From: an uncultured virus (IMG/VR IMGVR_UViG_3300022929_002303)
Taxonomy: Duplodnaviria > Heunggongvirae > Uroviricota > Caudoviricetes
Length of the DNA: 64,000 nt
Direction: 5' to 3' (one strand)
IMG/VR virus record: IMGVR_UViG_3300022929_002303
The notes below the pieces were generated by a model. That model was not told the origin of the DNA. It worked only from the letters and a program-made list of their open reading frames with translations, and searched no databases. The position numbers and the translations under genes are program-made. Within the stretch, counting starts at the first letter, position 1. Each line of letters begins with the position of its first letter. Positions 39,431 through 49,374 of this stretch are shown here, in pieces.

Positions 39431-39874
39431 ATGCTCTCAGAGAACCTTAAAATACTATTAGCAACTTCTTATGCTTTTGTCATTAAAGCACAAAACTTTC
39501 ATTGGAATATCGAAGGTTCTAACTTTCCACAATATCACAAATTTTTTGATGATTTAAATAACGAAGTCTATGAAAACGCAATCGATAGAACTGCGGAATA
39601 CATTCGTACATTAGAAGCATATACTCCTGGTTCTATTGGACGTTATGCAGAACTGTCATTAATACCTGATCAAGTAAAAATACCTAGAGCAGAATTAATG
39701 TTTGCAGAACTGTATAGAGACAATGAAATCATCCTCGAACACTTAAACACTTGCTACGATTCAGCAGAAGCAGAAAAACAATATGGTATTTCTAACTTTG
39801 TTGCTGAACGTTTAGATGCTCACAATAAACATCAATGGATGATAAGAAGTACACTTAAGACTAACAGGGAGTAA
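39431..39874 (+). CDS. dps: Dps family ferritin-like DNA-protection protein
   Basis: 'KAQNFHWNIEG.NF..YH.FF....E....D..AE.IR.L...H.K..WM.RS'. Confidence 0.92.
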   Translation: MLSENLKILLATSYAFVIKAQNFHWNIEGSNFPQYHKFFDDLNNEVYENAIDRTAEYIRTLEAYTPGSIGRYAELSLIPDQVKIPRAELMFAELYRDNEIILEHLNTCYDSAEAEKQYGISNFVAERLDAHNKHQWMIRSTLKTNRE

Positions 39875-39876
39875 TC

Positions 39877-42800
39877 ATGCTCTCTAGTCATTTTGAAAGC
39901 ATACTACTAGAATACAAACAAAGCATCACTGCTAAAAAGATGGGTGAAGGCCTTGTCGGCCGTTTTAATTTAGATATAATAGATTTTCCTAGTCTGTTGA
40001 CTCCTAAACTTACAAAAGCATTTGAAACAATGGAGCAACTTGACGTTCAAATAACTGATTTTGAGAATAAAAAAGAACAGAACGAAATCAAACCCGAAGA
40101 ACTAGCCAAGTTACAACCTAAAATACAAAAAGCACAAGAACAATATAACATTTTAGAAAATCAAATAGCCGTTCATATCTTAGAAAAGTTAGAAGCCGCA
40201 GACCCTACAAACAATAAAGGTTATGTACAGTGGTTAGCACGATTGTATATCAATGGTGAAACAAGTTTAGAAGATGTAGAATCTACTATTGCTGATTACT
40301 TAGATAAGTTTCATAAATTAAAAATTAAACGTCATTTGTCTAATGCAGACATAGGACAATATAAAGATTTTGATGCGTTTATGAATGATATGGATCAATA
40401 TCCTAATGACGTTTTAGATGATGATGAAGCAAAAAACAAAACATATAAAGCAGACAAAATATATGATGAAAATGGCGTCTTAATTATTCATCCAAAAGAC
40501 AAAGAAGCGGCATGTCGATATGGTCGCGGAACTCGTTGGTGTACAGCCTCAACACGAGGACACAATTATTTTGCTTCATACAATCGTAGAGGACCTCTCT
40601 ATATATTTGTCCCACGCAAACCAGATCATCCAGGAGAAAAATATCAGTTTCATTTTGAAGACAACGTAGTTGCAGACGAAACAGATGCTTATTTGGATCA
40701 GGATCAATTAATTCGTTTAGTAAATAGATACCCAGCACTTAAAGATGCCTTTCAACCACAAGCAGAAAAGTACGGTCTTATATATCTACAAAAACCGAAA
40801 AGAGTTATGAAAGGTTCTAACTTTACAGTAGAAGAATACAGAAAAAATGATAAGCCTTTATATTTGATGTTAGGAGAAATGGATGTAGATGGTGAATATG
40901 GCAAACAAGACATATACATGCTATGGAAAAAAGATCCCAATGATGATAACTACCAAATTAAAAAAATCGGTAATAGTAGATATAGAGATGATACAACATT
41001 AAACGTATTAGAACAGCACAAATTAGTTAATAAATATCCTGAACTAATTAGTAAATTTGGATTAAAAACAAAACACCTTAAAAAAGATCCTACTCGGAGC
41101 CAAACAAAATCGGGTGCTGATATAGAGATGCATGGGACGACCGCTGTTCTTAAAGACAAGCAAGGTCATAGCACATCAATAGAACTAAGAGATCCAGACA
41201 AGAGCCGGATTGGAGATGATAAACTATTAGTACATACACAGAAAACAAATCCTTTTACATCAAAGGATAAAAAAGAGATTAGAGATCAGATTAATCCTTT
41301 TGAAGTAACGTTAGAACATCCTGAACTTATTGATTTGTATTCTCCTCTATTAGATAAAAAAATTAAACATGAGGTCCGTCAACATCATGGTGATGCCAAA
41401 GATAAAAGAAAATTTAAAGAAGACTTATATCAAAAATATGCACCTTTAATGCCTTACAAACTATATGACAAAGGTGATGTAATAATTAAAAGTCACGTAA
41501 CTCCAGACGGAAAACCTATCTTAGACTATATAATTACAAAAGATAATGATAAAGAAACAAATGCAATAACAGTAGTTTATCGTAATCAACGAGATGGCAA
41601 TGTTGATAAAATTATACAAGCAGAGCCTAGACCATTATATGATTTAGCAGATGAAGAAGACTATAATCTGAGAACTCCAGCCGGAGATATCTATGGTAAT
41701 GCAGAAGAAGAATCTAAATATCAACGTTATTATCAAAGGATGAATGATTCCTTTCGATCATCAAACGCATTACCCTTTTTACCTTCAATTTCTATTATAG
41801 AAAAATATCCTGGTTTAAAAGAATTATACAAGGACACTTCTTTAGCATCACCTAAAACAAAAGAAGTATCAAATGCCAACGTAAAAGATTTTGGAAAAAC
41901 AAAACGTGAATCAAACAAACGATCATATTATAGAAATGACTGGCATGATACCACAGCAGAAACAATGCGTAACTTTATTGTTCAACCCAAAGATGCAGAA
42001 GAAGGTGAATCATATGCCATTAGTTGGAGTCCAGAAATTCCTCAATTAAGTGAAATTTATCATTCTGCTTCAGACGGTACTCAGACAAAGATAGGGGACA
42101 AGCAAACTAAAAGACATGTTTTAAAAAGTTTTCCTGAAATCAGAGCATTACAAATAAAAGACTGGGATAAATTTATTAAAAATAATCCTGAGTATGATGT
42201 TAAAGAACATGGCGCAGGTGACAGCAGTTATAATGATGATATATTACAAGATTGGAGTTTTTCGCCCACAGAGGTTGTTGATAATGATCGTGTAATAGTA
42301 TCACAGTTCGGACCCAAACAAGGAGACCCCTTCCAACTACCTAGTTTTGAAGTTTTTCCTAAACAAAAAAATCCATTTGGTAAAGTAGGAGATACATTTT
42401 TTATTTACTTAAGTTTAAAAGATTATCGCGGCAAGTCAGGAAAAATTAGTGACATTAGAATAGAACGTATCGGGAAAAACACTCATCATTTTGTACCTGT
42501 TAATAAATATGGTAGGACTGAAAAACAGGGCAATGAAGATTTTGTACAAGCCGGAGTTCAATTAAGAGAAAATCAATATAGTTTAGACTCTAAAGAAATT
42601 ATCGATTTCTTTAAATACTATCCTGAATTAAGAGGAATGATTAAAGATGAAAATGTACATCCTAAAGTTCCGCATCCAGCACTTGCAAAACAACCAGAAG
42701 ATTCTTCAGAAAATGTTCAGCAAATGGACGGATTTAAATTAGAAAAACAAACAACAAATGATCCTAACTTAGACAAATACTTTATTGTACCAGATGAAGA

Positions 42801-45800
42801 AAAATACCCCGGTGAGTATTATACTATGTTTGAGTATCATCCTTTAAAAACAAATCCATTAGGAAAATCAACTAACGTATTTACAGATTACGGAAGACCT
42901 GTAGCATTTAATGAAAGGGGAATGATTCAATTAGGTGTTGGGGAACAAAAAAATAATAGTTATCATAGTAAAAACGATTCAATGTCAGACTTTGTAGATT
43001 CTGCTAGGGGAGGTGCAGGAAGTATTACACCTAACACACCTCTTTATAATGAACTAATGGAACGTTTTCCCGAGTTGGCAAATTATATTGCTGAAAAGAG
43101 TAAAGAGATTGGAGATGTTAGAACTCAAAATCTAACAGAAGAAGATATAATTGAAGTAGGACAAAACAGAGTTTATATATTTAAAAACCATGATGGCTCT
43201 GATTGTTATTATATTACCCCAATAGCAAATGAAATTAGACGAACCAATGGTGAAATTAGTGATAGACATATATCATCTGAAACTGAAAGAAGTATGTCGC
43301 AATATCAACGAACTGCCCACACATTAAACCCAAGAAAAATAGCAGGGCATGAAGAAGATTGGGAAGATGACGATCATTGGAACTCTGGTGAATCGTATGT
43401 GATTAACTTTGAAAGTACAGAAAGCAATCCTTTCTTACAAGTTCCTTTGTACATAGATCCTTTTAGAGGTGTTGCAGAATTACAAGTCAATGCAATCGAA
43501 TTCGATAATGATAATAAAAGATATACTGCTACTGAGGCTCCACAAAATAAACAATTTATTATTGATCAATTAAGTGCTGTACCACAGCCCAATGAAGAAA
43601 ATATGAACACGGCAAGTTTCACTGCTAGAAACTATCTTACAAGAGCAAAACAAAATCCAGAGTTAATGCGATGGTTAGAACAAAAGGCAGAAGAAGCAAA
43701 TGCAAAGACAAATGGCGTGGGGGCATTTATTAATTTTTTACCTATAACAACAGAACAAATGACAATAGACGTACCAAAAGTTCATGGTGTAGATGTAGTA
43801 GGTATTGCAAAAATAGGCATTTCAAATCCTTTATATATTTGGCAAGGAAGAAAGGCTATTTTTCAAAATATAGAAGACAGATTATTAGCAGGTTCAGAAA
43901 ATTATTATCAGCGGCAGGAGAGTGACAACCCCGACCCTTACACTCAATGGGCCAATGAATATGCTAATTCAAAAGATTTAGCACCAAAACAAGAAGGCGG
44001 CAGTATTAGAGGAATGTCAAGGTTTATATCTGAGACAGTATCAGAAGGTGTTGTCGGCATAAAGCCTGAATCCGGTGGCAAATTTTTAGATTATGACTAT
44101 CATCGTACTACTGGCAGAGGCATTACTTTAACTCAAGTACCAGATGCTAAATGGGTAACAACAGGCAATCAATTATTAAATTTAAATAAGATAGCCAAAC
44201 CCAAAGAACTAAAACAAATGGGTTTATCACCTACACAGGCATGGGGTCCTCGACAGGTTGCTCAATTACCTAATCCTCAAATAACAAATAAAGGTAAACC
44301 TTGGATTAATAACATTAAAGAATTTAAGTTTCCTGATGGCTTGGGTATTAATGCAAGTGGGTATGGTAACAGATTGCCGCAAAAAGTTTTAGGTCCGGGA
44401 ACAGGATATTTAATTACTTTAAATCCTATTAGTGATGAGCCTTATCGAAAACGTAAAGATGGTAAAATAGTAAACATGCAAAGTCCATGGCATACAGCAA
44501 CTAGGGCTGTTAGAGATTTAGATTTACCTTGGGATTTTACTCATGGTGTTTTAGATTATTCAAGAGGAGATTTTGAAAAGAAAAATACTATGATGATTTA
44601 TTTTTCTAATAATCGTGTTGCTTATTTCTTAGAGCCAACTTATCACGGTGATTATAGACAGTTTAATCTATCACAAGAACAAAAGAAAAAATTATTCTTT
44701 GATCCAGAAACAGGTCTTTTCCCTGAACTAAAACCTATATTTGATCAGTATGCAAAATCAAACAAATGGTTACGTGAAAATAAATGGCATTATATGCTGT
44801 CAAAAGTATTGTTTGAAAGTTTAGGAGATAAAGCATACTGGGAATTAAAAAAGAAAAAGCCAAAGCAAAATTATGGTCAACTAGTATTCTTAAATAACAT
44901 ACGATTGACAGGAAGTTATAGTAACGAACAATTAAAAGCAATGGGCTTCTTTATGAAGAACGGCTCTTGGGCAATACAAAAGCCTAAGTATGACAGACTT
45001 GTCAGTGACGGTAAGTTAAAAGAAATGATTAACAGACCATTAAAGACTGGTACAAATAGAATACCTAAAGTAGGTAAAAAGAAAGTACAAGAAAACGTTT
45101 GGGCATTTGATGCAGAAAAAGCATTAGAGTTATTGAAAGAACCTTTACTAAGAGGTGGAGATAATGATGATGTTGATTTAAGTTGTGAAGTGTGTCAAGG
45201 ACATGGCTGTGGGCCAGGCTATGACATCAAAGATGACTTGAGACGTTGGAAAGAAATGCTTATTCCAGATGCTGATTCAAAACCTGAACATCTTACAAAC
45301 GAATACATTGAAGCAAGAGTAAAGAAACTAGAAGCACTTGTCAATAAGTATCCAAACGGAATACCTGACAACATAGATTGCACTGCTGGCATGTCTAATA
45401 TGAAACACAGAGAATATCAAAAGATTAAAAGACATGATGCAGAAGATGTATTAGATGATGTTATCGGTGACGATGGGTTATTTGATGCTATGTCTGAATT
45501 AGATGAAGAAGATGATGTTAGACCACTAATAATGAATTGGCTTAATCCAGACTGGAGAGCAAAACAAAGACCAGGGTTACCTGAATATCCACTAGTAGCA
45601 GATGTTGACTTTGCAGACCTATACAAAAGAGCAAGAAAAATTTATAACCCTTTACGTGTAGTTAAAGAAGGTAAGAAGTTACCTAGAACTAGTGAGTTCT
45701 TACATGTAAAAGAATTAGAAGACATTAAACGATTGTCTGGCGTGTATGAACGTTATCAGATACCAGTACAAGTTGAAGGTGCAACATCAGCATATTCAGG

Positions 45801-45942
45801 TTCAAACATATCAAAGACTGCGGCAGAGATTGCAAAGATAATGAAAGAGAAAAACATTCAGCCCGGAACTCCTGAATGGTTTCAACTGTGGTTTTCACTA
45901 CCAAAAATGACTGGCGAAAAGCCAACCGGAGATATAAAATGA
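39877..45942 (+). CDS. Very large (2021 aa) modular protein; N-terminal 'YG.GT.WCT' domain followed by degenerate repeats
   Basis: Leader-like MLSSHFESILLE|Y; 'ADPT.NK.Y..W', 'AAC.YG.GT.WCTAS'; repeated (Y/F)PEL units; C-terminal EDIKRLSG and 'NI.PGTPEWF.LWF' modules. Confidence 0.65.
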   Translation: MLSSHFESILLEYKQSITAKKMGEGLVGRFNLDIIDFPSLLTPKLTKAFETMEQLDVQITDFENKKEQNEIKPEELAKLQPKIQKAQEQYNILENQIAVHILEKLEAADPTNNKGYVQWLARLYINGETSLEDVESTIADYLDKFHKLKIKRHLSNADIGQYKDFDAFMNDMDQYPNDVLDDDEAKNKTYKADKIYDENGVLIIHPKDKEAACRYGRGTRWCTASTRGHNYFASYNRRGPLYIFVPRKPDHPGEKYQFHFEDNVVADETDAYLDQDQLIRLVNRYPALKDAFQPQAEKYGLIYLQKPKRVMKGSNFTVEEYRKNDKPLYLMLGEMDVDGEYGKQDIYMLWKKDPNDDNYQIKKIGNSRYRDDTTLNVLEQHKLVNKYPELISKFGLKTKHLKKDPTRSQTKSGADIEMHGTTAVLKDKQGHSTSIELRDPDKSRIGDDKLLVHTQKTNPFTSKDKKEIRDQINPFEVTLEHPELIDLYSPLLDKKIKHEVRQHHGDAKDKRKFKEDLYQKYAPLMPYKLYDKGDVIIKSHVTPDGKPILDYIITKDNDKETNAITVVYRNQRDGNVDKIIQAEPRPLYDLADEEDYNLRTPAGDIYGNAEEESKYQRYYQRMNDSFRSSNALPFLPSISIIEKYPGLKELYKDTSLASPKTKEVSNANVKDFGKTKRESNKRSYYRNDWHDTTAETMRNFIVQPKDAEEGESYAISWSPEIPQLSEIYHSASDGTQTKIGDKQTKRHVLKSFPEIRALQIKDWDKFIKNNPEYDVKEHGAGDSSYNDDILQDWSFSPTEVVDNDRVIVSQFGPKQGDPFQLPSFEVFPKQKNPFGKVGDTFFIYLSLKDYRGKSGKISDIRIERIGKNTHHFVPVNKYGRTEKQGNEDFVQAGVQLRENQYSLDSKEIIDFFKYYPELRGMIKDENVHPKVPHPALAKQPEDSSENVQQMDGFKLEKQTTNDPNLDKYFIVPDEEKYPGEYYTMFEYHPLKTNPLGKSTNVFTDYGRPVAFNERGMIQLGVGEQKNNSYHSKNDSMSDFVDSARGGAGSITPNTPLYNELMERFPELANYIAEKSKEIGDVRTQNLTEEDIIEVGQNRVYIFKNHDGSDCYYITPIANEIRRTNGEISDRHISSETERSMSQYQRTAHTLNPRKIAGHEEDWEDDDHWNSGESYVINFESTESNPFLQVPLYIDPFRGVAELQVNAIEFDNDNKRYTATEAPQNKQFIIDQLSAVPQPNEENMNTASFTARNYLTRAKQNPELMRWLEQKAEEANAKTNGVGAFINFLPITTEQMTIDVPKVHGVDVVGIAKIGISNPLYIWQGRKAIFQNIEDRLLAGSENYYQRQESDNPDPYTQWANEYANSKDLAPKQEGGSIRGMSRFISETVSEGVVGIKPESGGKFLDYDYHRTTGRGITLTQVPDAKWVTTGNQLLNLNKIAKPKELKQMGLSPTQAWGPRQVAQLPNPQITNKGKPWINNIKEFKFPDGLGINASGYGNRLPQKVLGPGTGYLITLNPISDEPYRKRKDGKIVNMQSPWHTATRAVRDLDLPWDFTHGVLDYSRGDFEKKNTMMIYFSNNRVAYFLEPTYHGDYRQFNLSQEQKKKLFFDPETGLFPELKPIFDQYAKSNKWLRENKWHYMLSKVLFESLGDKAYWELKKKKPKQNYGQLVFLNNIRLTGSYSNEQLKAMGFFMKNGSWAIQKPKYDRLVSDGKLKEMINRPLKTGTNRIPKVGKKKVQENVWAFDAEKALELLKEPLLRGGDNDDVDLSCEVCQGHGCGPGYDIKDDLRRWKEMLIPDADSKPEHLTNEYIEARVKKLEALVNKYPNGIPDNIDCTAGMSNMKHREYQKIKRHDAEDVLDDVIGDDGLFDAMSELDEEDDVRPLIMNWLNPDWRAKQRPGLPEYPLVADVDFADLYKRARKIYNPLRVVKEGKKLPRTSEFLHVKELEDIKRLSGVYERYQIPVQVEGATSAYSGSNISKTAAEIAKIMKEKNIQPGTPEWFQLWFSLPKMTGEKPTGDIK

Positions 45943-46241
45943 AAGAAGTAAATTATGACGAATTAAATCGTATCAGAGAATTATCAGGTACGTTGCGTGA
46001 ATCATGGCAAGAGAAAATGAAAGATAGACCTATGCCATTTGATGCACAAATATTAGATGATGAACCTGCAACTGTAATGAATCCTATCAGTGGTGCTACT
46101 ATTAAACTTGACCCACAAGAAATTGCAGTATATGATGTTATCATGGGTGCGAACTTAACACAGCAATGGGACTTAGTAAGAAAAGGTTCTGACTGGTTTA
46201 GAAAACATAATCCAGAAGCATATATGGTTTTAATAGACTAA
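45939..46241 (+). CDS. Hypothetical protein with a DELNRIRELSG motif
   Basis: Start re-called to ATG 45939 (SD GGAG, ATGA overlap). Confidence 0.7.
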   Translation: MKEVNYDELNRIRELSGTLRESWQEKMKDRPMPFDAQILDDEPATVMNPISGATIKLDPQEIAVYDVIMGANLTQQWDLVRKGSDWFRKHNPEAYMVLID

Positions 46242-46408
46242 TGAAGATAAGAGAAGTTATTACAGAGGCTGACGTAGAATACAGTTCTACAAAGCCCGGG
46301 AAACGTATGCACAAGATTGGTGATATATATGGTAAAAAGAATACCGATCTGCCCACCGCTAAATATAAAGATAATAGAAACGATAAACAAAAAGGAATAT
46401 TTAAATGA
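46241..46408 (+). CDS. Small basic protein with a leader (55 aa, not in the ORF track)
   Basis: MKIREVITE|ADVEYSSTKPGKRMHK...GIFK*; coupled on both sides (TAATG, ATGA). Confidence 0.75.
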   Translation: MKIREVITEADVEYSSTKPGKRMHKIGDIYGKKNTDLPTAKYKDNRNDKQKGIFK

Positions 46409-46890
46409 AAAAAATAGTATTTGGAGTAGTCGCAGTTGTAGTAATTTTACTTGCATTTGCAGGCTGCCAAGAAAAAAGACTCGGTAGTGATCCAGTCACA
46501 TTAGCATTACAAGTTACTAATAAAGGAGATCAATCATTCCAATGTAAGCAAACTTGGGGTGTCGATAAAAAAGATGTTACTACTGATGTTGCTGTAGGAC
46601 AAACTGTAAACTTACAGTCTAATACACATTCACCATCAGGATCAGTACTTACATGTTACATTACTCCGCCGACATCAGTAAAAGACCCTAATCCAGGTAA
46701 TGGTAACTTTCAAATGAGTTATGGCTACTGGAGTGGCTCAGCACACGTAACATGTGATAACGATTGTAACAAAGGTTATCCTACTGCATCAGTTCATTAC
46801 ACAGGTAATAATTGGAAATATACAGCAACTTTTGCAAAACCACAATCAGAACCTTACAACTCTGTTGTAATCACTACCGGCGATCTCTAA
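46405..46890 (+). CDS. Putative lipoprotein
   Basis: MKK, hydrophobic stretch, lipobox FAG|C; Cys-containing beta-rich domain. Confidence 0.7.
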   Translation: MKKIVFGVVAVVVILLAFAGCQEKRLGSDPVTLALQVTNKGDQSFQCKQTWGVDKKDVTTDVAVGQTVNLQSNTHSPSGSVLTCYITPPTSVKDPNPGNGNFQMSYGYWSGSAHVTCDNDCNKGYPTASVHYTGNNWKYTATFAKPQSEPYNSVVITTGDL

Positions 46891-46891
46891 T

Positions 46892-47461
46892 ATGAAATCA
46901 AGGGACTTCAGAAAACTGAACGAGAGCATTGATTTTTCAGTGACGAAGTCCTATGTGGATGACAGAGGCAAAACCGTACATGATATGAGTCACTTTGGTG
47001 AACGCAAAGATGTAGATTGTTGGGTTTGTGATGGTACAGGTAAAGACAAATATTACGATGAAGCGGACTGTGATTATTGCGAGGGTAAAGGACAAAGACT
47101 TGAGTTTGTAAGTGATGCTCCTGAAATGAATGTCAGTAATTCTAATGCATTTAAAATCATTGATATGTTAGGATTAGAAAAAGTTGCAGGACATGTAGAT
47201 AATAAAGATTTGCCTGCTGTCATGCGTAGACTTATACAATTAAAAAATGCAGACACATCACAATATACTGAGCCAGGTTCAATGACAGGCGGTAAGATAG
47301 GTGCGTATAAAGACAAAGACGGTATGGATAGAATAGGAAAAACAGGTATAACTATGTACCACGGTGGCACTAGTGACAGACAAATAAATCAGTACATCGA
47401 TCAATTAATAAAAATAGTTAAATTTGCCCAAGACAATGACGCCGACTTCGGTTGGGGATAG
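46892..47461 (+). CDS. Leader-bearing protein with a DnaJ-type Zn finger
   Basis: MKSRDFRKLNE|S; CWVCDGTG...CDYCEGKG. Confidence 0.7.
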   Translation: MKSRDFRKLNESIDFSVTKSYVDDRGKTVHDMSHFGERKDVDCWVCDGTGKDKYYDEADCDYCEGKGQRLEFVSDAPEMNVSNSNAFKIIDMLGLEKVAGHVDNKDLPAVMRRLIQLKNADTSQYTEPGSMTGGKIGAYKDKDGMDRIGKTGITMYHGGTSDRQINQYIDQLIKIVKFAQDNDADFGWG

Positions 47462-47464
47462 TCA

Positions 47465-47935
47465 ATGAAAATAAAAATCGTACCAACTGAACCTCGTTGC
47501 GGTGATTGTACAATGTGTTGTCAAACTGTAGGGTTTACAGGAGATTGGAAGATTACTGATCTTTACAACGAAGCAGAAAAATTTGATATTGATTTCGGAC
47601 CCTGGGAAACTTGCAATAAACTATGCGACACCGGGTGTTCTATACAAGAAAATAAACCTAGAGTCTGTAAAGAATTCTTTTGTCAATTTATAGAACGCAA
47701 CCTTTCAGAAAAACACCATCCTAAAAATACAGGGTTTGTAACGTTTAGAGACGGTTTACCCTTAAACAGTCGAATTGTCATACACTCTAATGATAAAGAA
47801 TTACCGCCCGATATTCAATACAAAAACAATAAAGAATTACTCAACGACATGTTAGATGAAATGCAAGATAAATTAGGACAAGATTGGCTGTTTGCTCAAT
47901 TAAGTACTAAAAAAGGTAAGATAAGAATACGATGA
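47465..47935 (+). CDS. YkgJ/FliB-family cysteine-cluster (Fe-S) protein
   Basis: CGDCTMCC...C..L...GCSI...P.VC..F.C. Confidence 0.8.
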   Translation: MKIKIVPTEPRCGDCTMCCQTVGFTGDWKITDLYNEAEKFDIDFGPWETCNKLCDTGCSIQENKPRVCKEFFCQFIERNLSEKHHPKNTGFVTFRDGLPLNSRIVIHSNDKELPPDIQYKNNKELLNDMLDEMQDKLGQDWLFAQLSTKKGKIRIR

Positions 47936-49374
47936 GATTTTTTATCTGCAAGGAAAAATCTAAATTTACAAAAGACTGGAACATAGAAAATTTTGGTGAT
48001 TGGTATTTTATACGTGAAAATGATGTTGAATTATTTGAAGGAGAAAATTTTATTGTATTACATTCCGGTTATTTAATTGACGATGACATAGATGAAGTTT
48101 GTAAAAACTTTAGTTTTAAAAAAACCAATGGAAATTTCTTTGCAATAAAACTCACCAAAGACAATTATGAATTAGCATTAGATTATTTTCAAAACCATAA
48201 ATTGTTTATCGGTAACAAACACGGTATAGAAATTACTAACTATTTGCCCTACATGACAATTAAGCAAGAAGACATTGTTAGAACAAGTGTTAAACCAGAT
48301 CAATATGAACGTGAACTATCAGAAACAGAACGCACTACTTATTATGATAAGATATTTATTTTTGATCCAGGCTATGATTACATACAAGATGCAAAAGATG
48401 CATTTGCACAAGAAATTTGGCATGATCAAGCAGAATTAACCGACTATATACATGGGTGTATGCAACAACACGCAGATATTATTAAAGAAAAATATCCAGT
48501 TAGGATGTGTTCTTTGAGTGAAGGATTTGATTCAGCAGTACAAGGTCAATTTTTTAAAGATGACCGACAATTATTATATATTGTAGAGCCGTGCATTTCA
48601 GCAGAAAACCATAAAAAATTTATAAAATTAGCACAAGAACAGTTTCCTAATACGCATGTTATGGAATATGAAACACAATATAACAGACAGCATTGCCTAG
48701 ATCACTTGACGGATTCTTCATGTCGTTGGCAATCTGTACTGCCAACACTGATGCAAGTAAAAATGCAAGACATTAAACCTGATATTATCATGTACGGCAG
48801 TAATGGTAACGAGATGTTTTGTAGAGATTTAATACCTCATATGTTATTTTTGTGTTTACAGTATTATAACACTGATAAAATTAAAATGAAAGAAGATTTT
48901 TTAGCAGATATACGAAACAAAAATAATCTATATGGCTCTACATATTCAATATTAAATTCTGAAGAAGAACAGAACTCACACCACGGTTTTACTGCTATTG
49001 TTAATAAATTTGTTGACAAATGGTTTGACTCACCGAATACACACTATCTATCACATAAAAAATATGAAGAATTTGAAAATGAATTAATAAATCTTACAAC
49101 TCCTAAATTATATACACGTGTAATTACAGGTAATATAAACATTATGGCTTCATCATTATACAGTGATAGAAAGATATTTTATGAATTTTTAAAATCTGAT
49201 AACAATGTATTAAGTGGTACTGCAATGAACGCACCAACACAACGAGCATTGCTAGATAAATATAACTATAAGTTTGTAACACCACGCAATGATGTAGTTT
49301 TTGCAGACTACAATGAATTATATACTACATCTTATGAAGCCACTATTGACCACGATTTAGAGCAAAACATATGA
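47932..49374 (+). CDS. Divergent asparagine synthetase-like (PP-loop ATP pyrophosphatase) protein
   Basis: 'NGNFFAI...DYF...LF' degenerate Ntn region, PP-loop 'SLSEGFDS', 'YG.NG.E.F'; no N-terminal Cys. Confidence 0.6.
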   Translation: MRFFICKEKSKFTKDWNIENFGDWYFIRENDVELFEGENFIVLHSGYLIDDDIDEVCKNFSFKKTNGNFFAIKLTKDNYELALDYFQNHKLFIGNKHGIEITNYLPYMTIKQEDIVRTSVKPDQYERELSETERTTYYDKIFIFDPGYDYIQDAKDAFAQEIWHDQAELTDYIHGCMQQHADIIKEKYPVRMCSLSEGFDSAVQGQFFKDDRQLLYIVEPCISAENHKKFIKLAQEQFPNTHVMEYETQYNRQHCLDHLTDSSCRWQSVLPTLMQVKMQDIKPDIIMYGSNGNEMFCRDLIPHMLFLCLQYYNTDKIKMKEDFLADIRNKNNLYGSTYSILNSEEEQNSHHGFTAIVNKFVDKWFDSPNTHYLSHKKYEEFENELINLTTPKLYTRVITGNINIMASSLYSDRKIFYEFLKSDNNVLSGTAMNAPTQRALLDKYNYKFVTPRNDVVFADYNELYTTSYEATIDHDLEQNI

